64,000 bases of DNA from Fimbriimonadales bacterium (GCA_041744215.1 JBGTLG010000041.1:64001-128000), one strand, 5' to 3'. Numbered from the stretch's first letter, positions 51,209 to 61,520 are shown. Notes: generated by a model not told the origin, from the sequence alone. Program-made: numbers and translations.

Positions 51209-52045
51209 TTAGTTTTCGCCCTCCGAAAAGTGAATGGGGCGCCGCAGCTTCTCGCGCCGAACCATAAGCGCAATCGTCGTCGCCAATACCAAGAGCGTGA
51301 GTATGCCAGCAATCTGAAGGACGCGAAGTATCGCGAAACCATACGTGCCAGTTGAAGGATCGTAGATGAGGCAATAAAGCGTCGCAGCATCAACGAAGGT
51401 GCCAATTTTGTTTTCTGATGCCTCAATTAGAGCTAACCTAAGATCCCGTGCCGAGTACTCGATCCCGTAAAAGTACTTCGAGACCTTCCCATGCGGTGTC
51501 GACACGATGATGACGGCCGGGTGCGCATACTGATCCGTACTCTCATCGTAAGTGTATGAAAAACCCACGACTTTGGCAAGCTTCTGAATGGCTGCCTCTT
51601 CGCCGGTTAGGAAGTGCCATCCGATGGCCGCGCCCTCACGATCGTAGCTCTCGATGTAGGAGCGCTTCTTCTTCGCGGCAACATCCGACGTCTCCCGAGG
51701 ATCAATTCCCACAAAGACCACGTCGTACTCATCACCCGCATTGAATCGAAGGACTTTCATTGCAGCGAGCAGACCGTTCATCACCTGGTTGCACAGCATC
51801 GGGCATTTGTAGTAGACCAACGTGACGACGATCGGTTTTCCGCGATAAAGCTCTCGCAGGGTTACCTCCTTGCCGTCATCGTTTCGAAAAGCGAGGTCAA
51901 GTGGGATCTGCGCGTCAAGCTTTTGCGAGATTGCCACTTTCGAGGCAACGGACATCGCGGGGCCAGATATAGGAGGCGATTGTGCAGCCGCGGCACTAAA
52001 CACCGCTGCGGTCGCCACACAGCACACCAAGAGCCTAAGCCTCAC
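51209..52045 (-). CDS. SCO/SenC copper chaperone (ACIII-cluster type)
   Basis: YYKCPMLC, WHFLTG, YAHP; C-terminal TM. Confidence 0.88.
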   Translation of the reverse strand: MRLRLLVCCVATAAVFSAAAAQSPPISGPAMSVASKVAISQKLDAQIPLDLAFRNDDGKEVTLRELYRGKPIVVTLVYYKCPMLCNQVMNGLLAAMKVLRFNAGDEYDVVFVGIDPRETSDVAAKKKRSYIESYDREGAAIGWHFLTGEEAAIQKLAKVVGFSYTYDESTDQYAHPAVIIVSTPHGKVSKYFYGIEYSARDLRLALIEASENKIGTFVDAATLYCLIYDPSTGTYGFAILRVLQIAGILTLLVLATTIALMVRREKLRRPIHFSEGEN

Positions 52046-52557
52046 TGTGTTGCCTCCTCATTTTCAGGCTGCGCTTCAGGCGGCGGCTCCTGTGCTGCTT
52101 CACCGCGATAGGGGAGCCCTTCCGATAACACAATATCCATCGCGCGATCGACCGGAATGTGGGCCAAGCCCGCACCTTGATCGATCCAGCCGTATTGGTT
52201 GACTCGCTTGCCTTCGGCCTCACGCAATTCATCCATATCTCGTTGAGGCTCTGCCTGCAACAGCGGCGAATCAGCCAACTGAGTGCGTTGATCGGCGAAC
52301 GGTGATGGATCCGGAGTCGGCCCGGCCCCCTTCGCCCAATACGTTTCCAAAATGCGCATTCCGACAATTGACGCGACCGCCATCACAACTAGAAAAGCGA
52401 CGAATGAAACTACACGGCGAGGCTTAAGAAACTCTTGCGTTTCATAACCCATGCTCGAATCGCCAGGAGGCTCGCCAAGGAAGTCATGCTCCTCGTCGAT
52501 CATCTCTGGAGAATCCGAACCTATCGTCGGCTTATCATGCTTGGGATCGTCATGCAT
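52042..52557 (-). CDS. Single-TM protein, ActG-like position
   Basis: One TM helix, PLLQAEP, YGWID...HIPVDRAM; lies between actF and sco. Confidence 0.6.
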   Translation of the reverse strand: MHDDPKHDKPTIGSDSPEMIDEEHDFLGEPPGDSSMGYETQEFLKPRRVVSFVAFLVVMAVASIVGMRILETYWAKGAGPTPDPSPFADQRTQLADSPLLQAEPQRDMDELREAEGKRVNQYGWIDQGAGLAHIPVDRAMDIVLSEGLPYRGEAAQEPPPEAQPENEEATQ

Positions 52558-53731
52558 GGGTGATGGCCTCCGCCGGTTTCGGCAATTCGACGTACTTTGG
52601 ATAAAGCTTCGTTGTTCTCAATCGCCACATCATTACGGCAAGCCAGAATCCGCCGATTCCGACAATCGCCGCTGCGTCCGTCCAAACAAACGAGAATCCC
52701 TCGCGGTGAAGCGACGGAACGACATTCCACGTCACGTCAACCAACCGTATGAGAACGATGAAGAGCGCGACGCCTCCCAGTAGCGCTGGAGTTCGCTTCG
52801 TTCTGCTGGATAGCAGCAGGAAGAACGGGAGCATGAAGTGGAGGAAGATCAGCGCACCTCCGACAAACTCCCATCCGCCAACGTTGCGCTTTATGAAGTA
52901 GGGAATCTCTTCAGGCAAGTTACCGGAGTAAGTGATGAGATACTGCGAAAACGACATGTATGCCCACAAAACCGTGAGCGTGAACAGCAAGTTGCCCAGA
53001 TCCTTCCACTGATAGTTGTACAGCTTGCCAACAAAGGATTCGGTCTTCCGAGCCAAAACCAAGAAGAACGTGCCGAGAGCCATCGCGCTAAGCGCGCAGC
53101 CTATAACAAAAAGTAGCCCCAGAATGGTCGAGAACCACTCCTTTTCGAGCGACATCACCCAGTCGGTTACTGCAAAGTTCGCGGTGATAACGAACAAGAC
53201 TGCCCAAGGCGCGGCAAAAGACTGTCGCGCGCCAGCCAAGCGCGGGTCTCCAGTAGCATCCTCCTCGCGCGACCGCTTTGTCAACCAAAACCAGCCGAAT
53301 ATCCAGACAGCAAAGTAGATCGCCGCACGTCCCGCAAAGAAGCCTGGGTTGAGATACGCGGTCTTGCCAGCAACTAATTTGTTCGTCGCCAAAACATCGG
53401 GATCAGCCCACGGATAAAGGTGCGGCATTCCGCCAACGATGAGGCCAACGACGAGGACGGCCATCAAGATCAAGTTGGTCGCACCGGCGTCCCAAAACCG
53501 AACAAGGGCGGTGCCCCAACTCCCGCGAGTGATATTTTGAAGGATGATCAGCGCCAGGCATCCCAGCGTCAACGACATCCAAACCATGAACCCGAAGAGG
53601 TAGGAGCCCCATGCGCCCGCAACGCCAGTGGCGATCGCGAAGATCAGGCCACCCATTCCGAGTGCACCAAGTGCGATGCCTCCTGCTTGGATCTTCTTCA
53701 AAGCAGGCATGCTCTGATCGTTAGTGATCAC
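52550..53731 (-). CDS. actF: Alternative complex III subunit F
   Basis: Polytopic NrfD-like paralogue (LYPW, DWVMSLE..WFST, SQYLITYSGNLPEE); GTG 53731 with SD AGGAGG. Confidence 0.88.
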   Translation of the reverse strand: MITNDQSMPALKKIQAGGIALGALGMGGLIFAIATGVAGAWGSYLFGFMVWMSLTLGCLALIILQNITRGSWGTALVRFWDAGATNLILMAVLVVGLIVGGMPHLYPWADPDVLATNKLVAGKTAYLNPGFFAGRAAIYFAVWIFGWFWLTKRSREEDATGDPRLAGARQSFAAPWAVLFVITANFAVTDWVMSLEKEWFSTILGLLFVIGCALSAMALGTFFLVLARKTESFVGKLYNYQWKDLGNLLFTLTVLWAYMSFSQYLITYSGNLPEEIPYFIKRNVGGWEFVGGALIFLHFMLPFFLLLSSRTKRTPALLGGVALFIVLIRLVDVTWNVVPSLHREGFSFVWTDAAAIVGIGGFWLAVMMWRLRTTKLYPKYVELPKPAEAITHA

Positions 53732-54356
53732 TCGGCGAGCCTCCTGCGCTCGGGTTGTCCATGTTTGCTCTTTCGTTATCAGGAATGTCTGCGGCCGTGG
53801 CTGACTGGCTCCGCTGCAGTGCGCGGATGTAGGCGACCGTTGCCCACTTCTCATCCACGGACATAACCTTGCCAAGCGGAGGATGCACTTTGTCTTGCTT
53901 GGCGGGATCCGAGATTCCGTTCAACACGTCGAAGCCAAGTGTCAACACTCCAAAGTAGTAGCCGATGGGTCTTGACATGATGGATGGATCAGTGAGCGGC
54001 TTAGGCTGTTGGAAGCCTCGCTGAACGATCATGCCCTGCCCGTCGCCCGATTGACCGTGACAAGGAAGGCAAAAGATATCGAATCGCTCTCGTCCACTCT
54101 CCAGCATCTCTTTCGTCACGCGGTATGGGAATCGTGTTGCAACCGCGCCGTTCTCTGTGCCTTGGTGCAGTAGCTCATCCTCGTTCAGTTGCCCTCGCGG
54201 AACGGTCCCCGACACCGGCATCCTCGCACCTGACCCATCCCTGAAGAACTCCGACTCATCGAATGTCGTGACTTTGGGCTGATCCCACATATCACGGTGA
54301 CATCCGACGACCAAAAGAGCGACAACCGAAATGAACGCCAGCGAAAAACGGCTCAC
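53721..54356 (-). CDS. actE: Alternative complex III monoheme cytochrome c lipoprotein
   Basis: LVVGC lipobox, DMWDQPK, GTVPRG, CLPCH, YIRALQRSQ. Confidence 0.9.
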   Translation of the reverse strand: MSRFSLAFISVVALLVVGCHRDMWDQPKVTTFDESEFFRDGSGARMPVSGTVPRGQLNEDELLHQGTENGAVATRFPYRVTKEMLESGRERFDIFCLPCHGQSGDGQGMIVQRGFQQPKPLTDPSIMSRPIGYYFGVLTLGFDVLNGISDPAKQDKVHPPLGKVMSVDEKWATVAYIRALQRSQSATAADIPDNERANMDNPSAGGSPSDH

Positions 54357-54907
54357 GCTTCGACCTCCTCGATGGTCTCGGCCCCAATGCTTGCCAAGAA
54401 CTCCCGCGTTCTCGCGCTGTCAAACTTCGGATCCGTAGACTCAATACACAGAAAGAACCTGTCATCCGTAACTCGGCTAAAGCTCTTTGTGCCAAAGAGC
54501 GGATGGTGCGGTCGAGGCAAACCGTTCAGCGCCAACATGCCTACCAACGCTGATAGTGCGGCGGCCAGGATCCCGCATTCGAATGTCACCGGAATAAACG
54601 ACGGCCAGCTAATGTCGGGCCTACCGCCCACATTCATCGGGTAGTCGTATGCGTGCACGTACACTTGCAGGAGAAATCCGAGTGCGGCGCCAGTCATGCC
54701 CGAAATGAACACGATCCACGGAACGCGGTCATCGCGGGTTCCAATCTCATCGGCCAATCCTTCCACAGCAAACGGAGTGAATGCGTCCATCGCAACGTAA
54801 CCCTCTTCGCGCGCTTTCTTTGTTGCTGCGGCGAGAGCCTCAGGCGATTCGAACGCTGCGAGGAGACCATATGTCGTTGGCTGTAGTGCCGCGGGTGCGT
54901 GGCTCAT
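54353..54907 (-). CDS. actD: Alternative complex III subunit D (DUF3341)
   Basis: DAFTPF, YPMNVGGRP, FIPVTFE, NGLPRPHHP. Confidence 0.9.
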   Translation of the reverse strand: MSHAPAALQPTTYGLLAAFESPEALAAATKKAREEGYVAMDAFTPFAVEGLADEIGTRDDRVPWIVFISGMTGAALGFLLQVYVHAYDYPMNVGGRPDISWPSFIPVTFECGILAAALSALVGMLALNGLPRPHHPLFGTKSFSRVTDDRFFLCIESTDPKFDSARTREFLASIGAETIEEVEA

Positions 54908-54909
54908 AG

Positions 54910-56322
54910 TTAGTGATGCCCTCCTGCGCCTGCATGCGCTTCATCGTGCTCGGCATGCAGCTGATGCTTCATCTCCGCAACCGGGATGATCGGAACGAAC
55001 CGGAAGTAAAGCACCATGCCCGTAATGAACAGGCCAAACGTGCCAACAAACATCGAGATGTCAAAAATGGTTGGGTTGTACATGCCCCAACTCGACGGCA
55101 TAAAGTCGCGATGGAGGCTTACAGGAACGATCACAAACCGCTCAAGCCACATACCAACTCCCACGATTAATGAGATGACCCAAAGCCAAGCCATGTTGAG
55201 GCGGATCTTTCGTGACCACAAGAACTGCGGAACGAGCCCGTTGCAGAAGATCAGACCCCAGTACAGATACATGTACGGACCAAATGCGCGGTTGTACATC
55301 ATGTACCACTCGTAAATGTTGCCGGAGTACCACGCGTAAAACGCCTCCATAATGTAACCGTAGAACACGATCAAGCCTGTTGTCAGCATGATCTTCGCCA
55401 TCCAATCGATATGCTTGATCGTAATGAAATCTTCCAAGTTGTACCATTTGCGAATCGGAATCACGAAGTTGAGCACCATCGCGAAGCCAGCGTACACAGC
55501 GCCCGCAACGAAGTACGGCGGGAAGATGGTCGCGTGCCAACCAGGAAGAATCGAAACGGCGAAGTCAAGGCTAACGATCGAGTGCACCGAAACGACAAGC
55601 GGCGTCGAGAGTCCCGCGAGAAGCAGATAGGCAGACTCGTAACGGTGCCAATGGCCGACCGATCCACGCCAGCCCATAGCGAGCATTCCGGTCGTCATCT
55701 GCATGACTCGGCTCCTCACCTTGTCGCGCAATCCTGCGATATCGGGGATCAGCCCCATGTACCAAAACAGCGCGGAAACCGTCAGATAAGTTGAAACGGC
55801 GAAGACGTCCCAGACCAGCGGACTGCGAAACTGTGGCCACACTCCGAGCGCATTCGGGTAGGGGAACAACCAATACGCAACCCATGGACGCCCCGTGTGG
55901 AACAGGGGGAACAAGCCTGCGCACATAACCGCGAACAGCGTCATTGTCTCAGCAAGGCGGTTAATCGACGTTCGCCATCGCTGACGCATCAGAAGCAAGA
56001 TCGCCGATATGAGCGTTCCTGCGTGACCGATACCGATCCACCATACGAAGTTGATGATGTCGAAGCCCCAACCGACAGGAACGTTGACGCCCCACAGCCC
56101 GATCCCTACAAAGACGAGCAAAACCAGCGTCAACACCATCACGCCCAGCGCGCCTGCACCCAAAGCGAGCGCTAACAGCCACCCTTTGGTGAACTTGTTG
56201 TTGAGAATGATCGAATCGATCTTGGTCGTTATCGACCGATTGTCATACTCGCCGTCGATCATCCGCTCCGGGAGCATCACCTCCGGCTCGTGTTGCCCAA
56301 TCTTCTCGTCTATCGTCTGCAT
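54910..56322 (-). CDS. actC: Alternative complex III quinol-binding subunit C (NrfD family)
   Basis: [50 protein letters not shown]. Confidence 0.94.
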   Translation of the reverse strand: MQTIDEKIGQHEPEVMLPERMIDGEYDNRSITTKIDSIILNNKFTKGWLLALALGAGALGVMVLTLVLLVFVGIGLWGVNVPVGWGFDIINFVWWIGIGHAGTLISAILLLMRQRWRTSINRLAETMTLFAVMCAGLFPLFHTGRPWVAYWLFPYPNALGVWPQFRSPLVWDVFAVSTYLTVSALFWYMGLIPDIAGLRDKVRSRVMQMTTGMLAMGWRGSVGHWHRYESAYLLLAGLSTPLVVSVHSIVSLDFAVSILPGWHATIFPPYFVAGAVYAGFAMVLNFVIPIRKWYNLEDFITIKHIDWMAKIMLTTGLIVFYGYIMEAFYAWYSGNIYEWYMMYNRAFGPYMYLYWGLIFCNGLVPQFLWSRKIRLNMAWLWVISLIVGVGMWLERFVIVPVSLHRDFMPSSWGMYNPTIFDISMFVGTFGLFITGMVLYFRFVPIIPVAEMKHQLHAEHDEAHAGAGGHH

Positions 56323-56343
56323 GGGGTGTATGGCAGTGGCGAC

Positions 56344-59300
56344 TTAGTGGTCGGCCTTAGCCTGCCCTCCAAGATCAGGATTGGGATTGCTCACTTTCCC
56401 GAGGTAAGTGGTGCGCGGGCGAGTATTGATTTCCTCAAGCAGGCCGTAGTTGTGCGGCTCCGCAGCAAGCGCGGTTACTTCCGCCTGACTATCGTTCAGA
56501 TTGCCGAAGTAGATGGCCTTTGCCGGACACGCTGCCTGGCACGCAGTCTGCACTTCGCCGTCGCGGATCGGCCTGTTCTCTTTCTTGGCGGTCTTCCTCG
56601 CAATATTGATCCGTTGAACGCAGTAAGAACATTTCTCCATGACACCCCGGCTTCTGACTGTGACGTCGGGGTTCATGAGGAGATTATGAATCGGTGTTAC
56701 GAGCCGCTCCGTGTACTCGAAGTAATTGAATCTGCGCACCTTGTACGGGCAGTTGTTCGAGCAATATCTGGTACCGACGCAACGGTTGTACGTCATCACA
56801 TTCAAACCCTCATGATCATGCGTCGTAGCGGCCACGGGGCAAACAACCTCGCACGGCGCGAGTTCGCAGTGCTGACACATGACGGGCAGGTGGTACGTTT
56901 CAGGATCGTCGAGACTGTTCCCGCCGTAATAGCGGTCGATGCGGAGCCAGTGCATCTCGCGTCCGCGCAACACTTCCTGGCGACCGACCGGTGGGATGTT
57001 GTTTTCGTTCTGACAAGCTGTTACGCATGCATTGCAACCGGTGCAAACGCTCGTGTCAACAACCATCCCCCACTTGTTTCCAGGATAGTCGCGGTCAGGA
57101 TACATCGATATATCCCCTGCGTGGTGCACACCCATATGGTGGACATAATCAGGGTGAGCGATGAAGTCATCGAGCGTCGTCGGCCGCGCGACAGCACGAT
57201 TCTCCATGCTGTGATGAAACTGAACCGTTGCAATGTTGTACTGGTCGCCCGTGCGAGTAATCGTTGCGTTCGCTCCAAACGAACCCACCGATGACGGCTT
57301 GATTGCGAACGCGTTGTACCCAGGCGAGTTCCCCGCATCGAGAACAGTCCCGAGCTTGCGCCCATAACCGTAAGTGACAGTCACGCAATCGTCGGCGTGC
57401 CCATGCAATACAATCGCGGGGCCCGCAATACTGTGCCCCTGCACTTCGACGGTCACAACATCAACGACCGCTCCGTTTCCGTTTCTGCCCTCAACCGGAG
57501 CCGAAAGCCCAAGCTTCTCCGCAGTCGCAGGACTCATCGCGATCGCATTGTCCCAAGTTGTCTTGTAGAGCGGTTTCGGCAGCTCTTGAAGCCACGCATT
57601 GTTCGAAAACCGCCCGTCGTAAACTGTCGGATCGTGCCGGAAGACAACCTCGATGCCGCCGCCGGCAGGCGCCGCCAACTCGCCGAGCGCGGCGATACTT
57701 GCAGACACACTCTCCTGTCCCGCGGAGGTGTTCGCAATGACTCCATCGTGAAGCCATTTGCGCCACTGTGAAACGAACGCATCGCCTGAAAGTCCCGTGC
57801 TCGATTGCCAATACTCTTGGACACTCGCTTCCGCGGTGCGCGCTTCTCCTCGAATCGCCGAAATCACCTCTAGTGGCGACTTGCCACCCAAAAGCGGCTC
57901 GATGAGCGGCTGCATAAGCGAGGCGGTTCCGTCAAAAGCGCGAGCATCTCCCCAGGACTCCAACTCGTGCGCCATCGGAACATGCCAGCGACAGAAGGTC
58001 GAAGTCTCATCGACGTACATGCCAGCACGAGCAGAGAACCGCAACCTCTTGATAAGCTCGCCGAAGGGAAGGTCCGCGGGTCCGCTATACACGGGATTCG
58101 CGCCAATGATGAGAAGCGCTTCAACTGCTCCCGAAGAAAGCTCTGCATGCAGCTGCCTAATTTCTGCGCCATGTATGGTCGGCTTGGCGGCGACTGGCGT
58201 GACTAACTGAACGGTCGCCCCAACATTGCCGACGGATTCGTTGATAGCGTGTGCCAGCAGATGCGTTCTTGGGCTCGCGTTGCGCCCTGCATAAACGATA
58301 GATCGACCACGGTGCGAGGAAAGATCTGCGACAACCGCGGCGACCCACTTGCGTGCGCCCTCATCAAGGTTCCCAGGCGCGACTCCAATGCCAAGACCTG
58401 CGGCGACAGCAGCGGCAATATCGTCCAGCTTCGACGGCAGAGTGCGAAGGCGCGTGTCCGCCATCGCCCCCGTGATTGTAGGAGACGATTCAGCCGAATA
58501 AAGCCGATTGATCGCGCGCGTGTCTTTACGCACACGACGCTTCTCAGCGAAGTCGTGCATGTAACGGATCCGGCCTGGCCCATCTCCCATGAAGTCGCCT
58601 TCGAGGGCGACGATGACGTCTGCCTGATCGAATCTGTAAACGGCATCGACAGGTTTGCCAAACGCTGCGATGGCGGCAAGAGATGCGTTGTCTGCGTTGA
58701 CCGGCTCCCACTGATACCATTTCGCGTTCGGAAACTCGGCCAGCAGCTTCTCGATCTCGGCTGCGAGAGTCGGCGACGTGACCGTCTCCGTAAGAATCCT
58801 GAGGCTTTGCCCGCCTGTACCGCGCTGCCTGGCAAGTTCCGCGCGCGCATCTTCGATGAATCGATCGTAGGTCTTGATGACTCCTTCGAAAAGAACCGCT
58901 TGCGAACGGTTCGGATCATAAAGATCGAGGATGGTCGCAGACACCCAGGGATCGGTCGCCCCGAGACTTGCCGGATGCTCCGGGTTGCCTGCGAGAAACG
59001 TCGGTCGCCCTGTGTGGCTTTCCACCAACACGCCGTGAGCGTAGCCGCCGAGCGTGACTGTTGATGCGTAATTCAAAGGAATCCCGGGAACCATCCCCTC
59101 CGGGTTCGTGACGTACGGAACGATTTTCTCGATCGGCTGCCGGCGACAGCCCGCTAATCCCGCAAGCGCCATCGACGCAGCTGCGACTTGAAGGAACTTG
59201 CGGCGATCGATTGCCGCAGCCCAGGGCGGCGCCGTTCGCGGGAACTCCCGCTCAACGAACTCCTTGAACTGGTCCGTGTCGGCAATCTCTTCGAGCCCGC

Positions 59301-59397
59301 GCCAGACCCGTTTCGGGTCGCCCTCTGCGAGCCGAGTGCGCAACTCGCTGATGTTCAGCTGTTGAGGGGGTTTGCCGTTCCCGTTGCTGCTTGACAT
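56344..59397 (-). CDS. actB: Alternative complex III subunit B (molybdopterin-oxidoreductase-like domain fused to Fe-S domain)
   Basis: Tat motif DRRKFL...LAGC, GNPEHP, CTGCNACVTAC, CQHCELAPCEVVCP, CVGTRYCSNNCP, KCSYC. Confidence 0.93.
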   Translation of the reverse strand: MSSSNGNGKPPQQLNISELRTRLAEGDPKRVWRGLEEIADTDQFKEFVEREFPRTAPPWAAAIDRRKFLQVAAASMALAGLAGCRRQPIEKIVPYVTNPEGMVPGIPLNYASTVTLGGYAHGVLVESHTGRPTFLAGNPEHPASLGATDPWVSATILDLYDPNRSQAVLFEGVIKTYDRFIEDARAELARQRGTGGQSLRILTETVTSPTLAAEIEKLLAEFPNAKWYQWEPVNADNASLAAIAAFGKPVDAVYRFDQADVIVALEGDFMGDGPGRIRYMHDFAEKRRVRKDTRAINRLYSAESSPTITGAMADTRLRTLPSKLDDIAAAVAAGLGIGVAPGNLDEGARKWVAAVVADLSSHRGRSIVYAGRNASPRTHLLAHAINESVGNVGATVQLVTPVAAKPTIHGAEIRQLHAELSSGAVEALLIIGANPVYSGPADLPFGELIKRLRFSARAGMYVDETSTFCRWHVPMAHELESWGDARAFDGTASLMQPLIEPLLGGKSPLEVISAIRGEARTAEASVQEYWQSSTGLSGDAFVSQWRKWLHDGVIANTSAGQESVSASIAALGELAAPAGGGIEVVFRHDPTVYDGRFSNNAWLQELPKPLYKTTWDNAIAMSPATAEKLGLSAPVEGRNGNGAVVDVVTVEVQGHSIAGPAIVLHGHADDCVTVTYGYGRKLGTVLDAGNSPGYNAFAIKPSSVGSFGANATITRTGDQYNIATVQFHHSMENRAVARPTTLDDFIAHPDYVHHMGVHHAGDISMYPDRDYPGNKWGMVVDTSVCTGCNACVTACQNENNIPPVGRQEVLRGREMHWLRIDRYYGGNSLDDPETYHLPVMCQHCELAPCEVVCPVAATTHDHEGLNVMTYNRCVGTRYCSNNCPYKVRRFNYFEYTERLVTPIHNLLMNPDVTVRSRGVMEKCSYCVQRINIARKTAKKENRPIRDGEVQTACQAACPAKAIYFGNLNDSQAEVTALAAEPHNYGLLEEINTRPRTTYLGKVSNPNPDLGGQAKADH

Positions 59398-59426
59398 TTT
59401 ATGCGCTGATGATTCGGGCTTAGATC

Positions 59427-60077
59427 CTACCGATGGCAGACCCAACAGTCCGAAAGTTGCTCCTTCTGAATTCCGTACTTTTCAACGAGCTGCCTTCCGA
59501 GCGCAGCGTGCTCCTTCGGAACCTTGTACTTCGGATTATAAATCTCTTCTTTCGGCCGGATGAACTCCTCTGGGCTCCGGTGACAATCCAGGCACCACAG
59601 CATCTGCATCGCGTTCTCCTTGTAAGTGAGGTTCATCTCATCGACCGGGCCGTGGCACGTGTAACAGCTCACGCCTTTGGCTATGTGGATGCTGTGATCG
59701 AAGTATACGAATGCCGGAACATTGTTGACCTTGTTCCACTCAATCGGCGCGCCGCTTTCCATGCTGTCGCGAACAGGGGCGAGAAGCGGGCTGTTTGTCC
59801 AGACCTGGGAATGGCAGGTGTAACAAGTCTCAGTCGCGGGAATCCCTGCGTACGGTCCTTTCTCGACAGAGGTGTGGCAGTAGCGGCAGTCGATTCCAAG
59901 CTCCGCGACATGGTGCTTGTGGCTAAATGGCGCGGGCTGGTCGATTGCCACTCGCAGCCTGTGAGTGTAGGGTGTCACATTTCCACCAATCAGGAAAATA
60001 GCTGCCAACAGAACACCGGCCGCCGGAATCGACGCCTTGGAGTAGATGTTCGCGCTACGGCTAAAAATCTGCGGCAT
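59427..60077 (-). CDS. actA: Alternative complex III pentaheme cytochrome c
   Basis: Five CXXCH motifs (CRYCH, CYTCH x2, CLDCH, CWVCH), QPAPFSH, YFDHSIH. Confidence 0.94.
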   Translation of the reverse strand: MPQIFSRSANIYSKASIPAAGVLLAAIFLIGGNVTPYTHRLRVAIDQPAPFSHKHHVAELGIDCRYCHTSVEKGPYAGIPATETCYTCHSQVWTNSPLLAPVRDSMESGAPIEWNKVNNVPAFVYFDHSIHIAKGVSCYTCHGPVDEMNLTYKENAMQMLWCLDCHRSPEEFIRPKEEIYNPKYKVPKEHAALGRQLVEKYGIQKEQLSDCWVCHR

Positions 60078-60109
60078 GCTGCGCCCTCGCTACATCCCGC
60101 CGAAAACCC

Positions 60110-60280
60110 GCGCAATGACGCGAAAAAGGGCGAGCGGTTCGCAACGTTTTTCGAGTCATCTTTGCGCAGTGTCCCGACGGAAAATCCGTCCGTTCCATGT
60201 CTCTCTCGACGCCAGAGGGCGCCGGTTGGCCAGCGACATCGAAACCAAAAACTGACCGAGAGCCGCGTTCATGCGGACAC
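60110..60280 (-). other. Predicted structured 5' leader of the act-cox operon
   Basis: Imperfect 21-bp stem at 60110-60167, a GTGTCC/GGACAC pair at 60169-60280 and an internal GACGG/CCGTC hairpin. Confidence 0.45.
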
Positions 60281-60375
60281 CAAGATGGCCAGAATTCGAT
60301 AGCGCTGCCATGTTATCCTCAGGGTTACAGTCGAAGTCAAGCCCACGGCCAACTTCTACGCGATTTGAGTCTACC

Positions 60376-60403
60376 AGACTTTGTGCCATTTTTCACAAAG
60401 TCT
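60376..60403. promoter_or_regulatory. Palindrome AGACTTTGTG-N8-CACAAAGTCT (Rex-like operator, or hairpin)
   Basis: Perfect 10-bp inverted repeat; core TTGTGCCATTTTTCACAA versus Rex consensus TTGTGAAnnnnTTCACAA. Confidence 0.55.
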
Positions 60404-60445
60404 TTGCCTGCGGAGTTCGCACGTCGTCCGCTGCAATGACACCCA

Positions 60446-60871
60446 TCATCGGGATGGGAAAACGTGATAGAGCATGACGTAGACGCCCACGCCGGTAACG
60501 GACACGTAAAGCCAAATCGGAAGAGTCCACCTAGCGATCTTTCGGTGCTTGTCGAACTTCTGCGAAAGCCCTCGATACAGGGTCACCAGAACCATCGGGG
60601 CGACGATCGCGGCCAGAACCGTGTGGCTTACAAGAATCGCGAAGTAGATTGGACGCCACACCCCTTCTCCCGCGAACTTCGTCGCTCCAACTTGGAAGTG
60701 GTAGGTCAGATACGAAACAAGAAACAAAATCGAGGTCGCGAACGCCGCCAACATCACTTTGCGATGGGCTTCGCGCCTCCCGCGCCGAATCAAGCCCCAA
60801 CCTATTACTAATAGTACAGTACAAATGCTGTTTAGAATTGCATTGACTGTGGGCAAATCTTGAAGGCTCAA
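60446..60871 (-). CDS. DUF420 (CtaM-like) oxidase assembly membrane protein
   Basis: LPTVNAILN, HRKVM, FLVSYLTYH, HRKIARWTLPIWLYVSVTG. Confidence 0.88.
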   Translation of the reverse strand: MSLQDLPTVNAILNSICTVLLVIGWGLIRRGRREAHRKVMLAAFATSILFLVSYLTYHFQVGATKFAGEGVWRPIYFAILVSHTVLAAIVAPMVLVTLYRGLSQKFDKHRKIARWTLPIWLYVSVTGVGVYVMLYHVFPSR

Positions 60872-61512
60872 TTCGCCGGCGTCCTCGCAATGAGGGCTCT
60901 CATGTCCGTCACAAGCCTCTCGAACTCCTCCGGGTCAAGCGGGCGGTAGTAGCCTCGGATTAGCCCGGCTTGGTCAACCAACACAAACCTGTCGCTGTGG
61001 AGAATGTCGCCTGGAACCTCGGTCGTGCCGAGTGAGAGCCCGTCACGGGCGAACTGCATCGCCTCGCCTTCCCCGCCTCGAACAATCAGCCATCGGTTCC
61101 CATCACATCCCGCAGATTGAGCGAACTCCTTGAGCCGCTCGACGGTGTCAGTCGCCGGGTCAACAGAGACCTGCAGCAGCCGCACCTCGTCACTTCCCGA
61201 AAACGCATCATCAAGCCGTTTCATCGCGCTAGTCAACCCGGGGCAGATCCCAGTGCATGACGTGAAAAAGAAACCGATCACGGCAACTCGCCCGTCGAGA
61301 GACTCCCGGCTCACGGGATCGCCGAGATGCGAAACAAACGCGAAGTCCGGGAATGGCCCGATCGGCTCCGCTGTAGCAGAGGCAACGGTCTCCGGAGTGT
61401 TTGCCAGTTTCTGCGACAGAGGGTAGAGAACCAATCCCGCGACCGCCACGAGTGCGACGGAAGCTCCAATCATCCAGGGCCGGATGGACTTCGGCTGTGA
61501 TTCAATCGACAT
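60868..61512 (-). CDS. Second SCO/SenC copper chaperone
   Basis: FFTSCTGICP, SVDPATD, ILHSDRFVLVD, IRGYY. Confidence 0.9.
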   Translation of the reverse strand: MSIESQPKSIRPWMIGASVALVAVAGLVLYPLSQKLANTPETVASATAEPIGPFPDFAFVSHLGDPVSRESLDGRVAVIGFFFTSCTGICPGLTSAMKRLDDAFSGSDEVRLLQVSVDPATDTVERLKEFAQSAGCDGNRWLIVRGGEGEAMQFARDGLSLGTTEVPGDILHSDRFVLVDQAGLIRGYYRPLDPEEFERLVTDMRALIARTPAN

Positions 61513-61520
61513 TAGACTTC

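Noticed and set aside
56344-59397. ActB as a novel molybdoenzyme
   Set aside because: ActB is the known cofactor-less molybdopterin-fold subunit of ACIII.
56290-60302. Long antisense ORFs (334, 271 and 289 aa) over act genes
   Set aside because: No recognisable motifs; expected from codon bias of the sense genes.
60156-60389. 77-aa ORF in the act leader
   Set aside because: No protein features, and it overlaps the palindrome and candidate promoter; not fully excluded.
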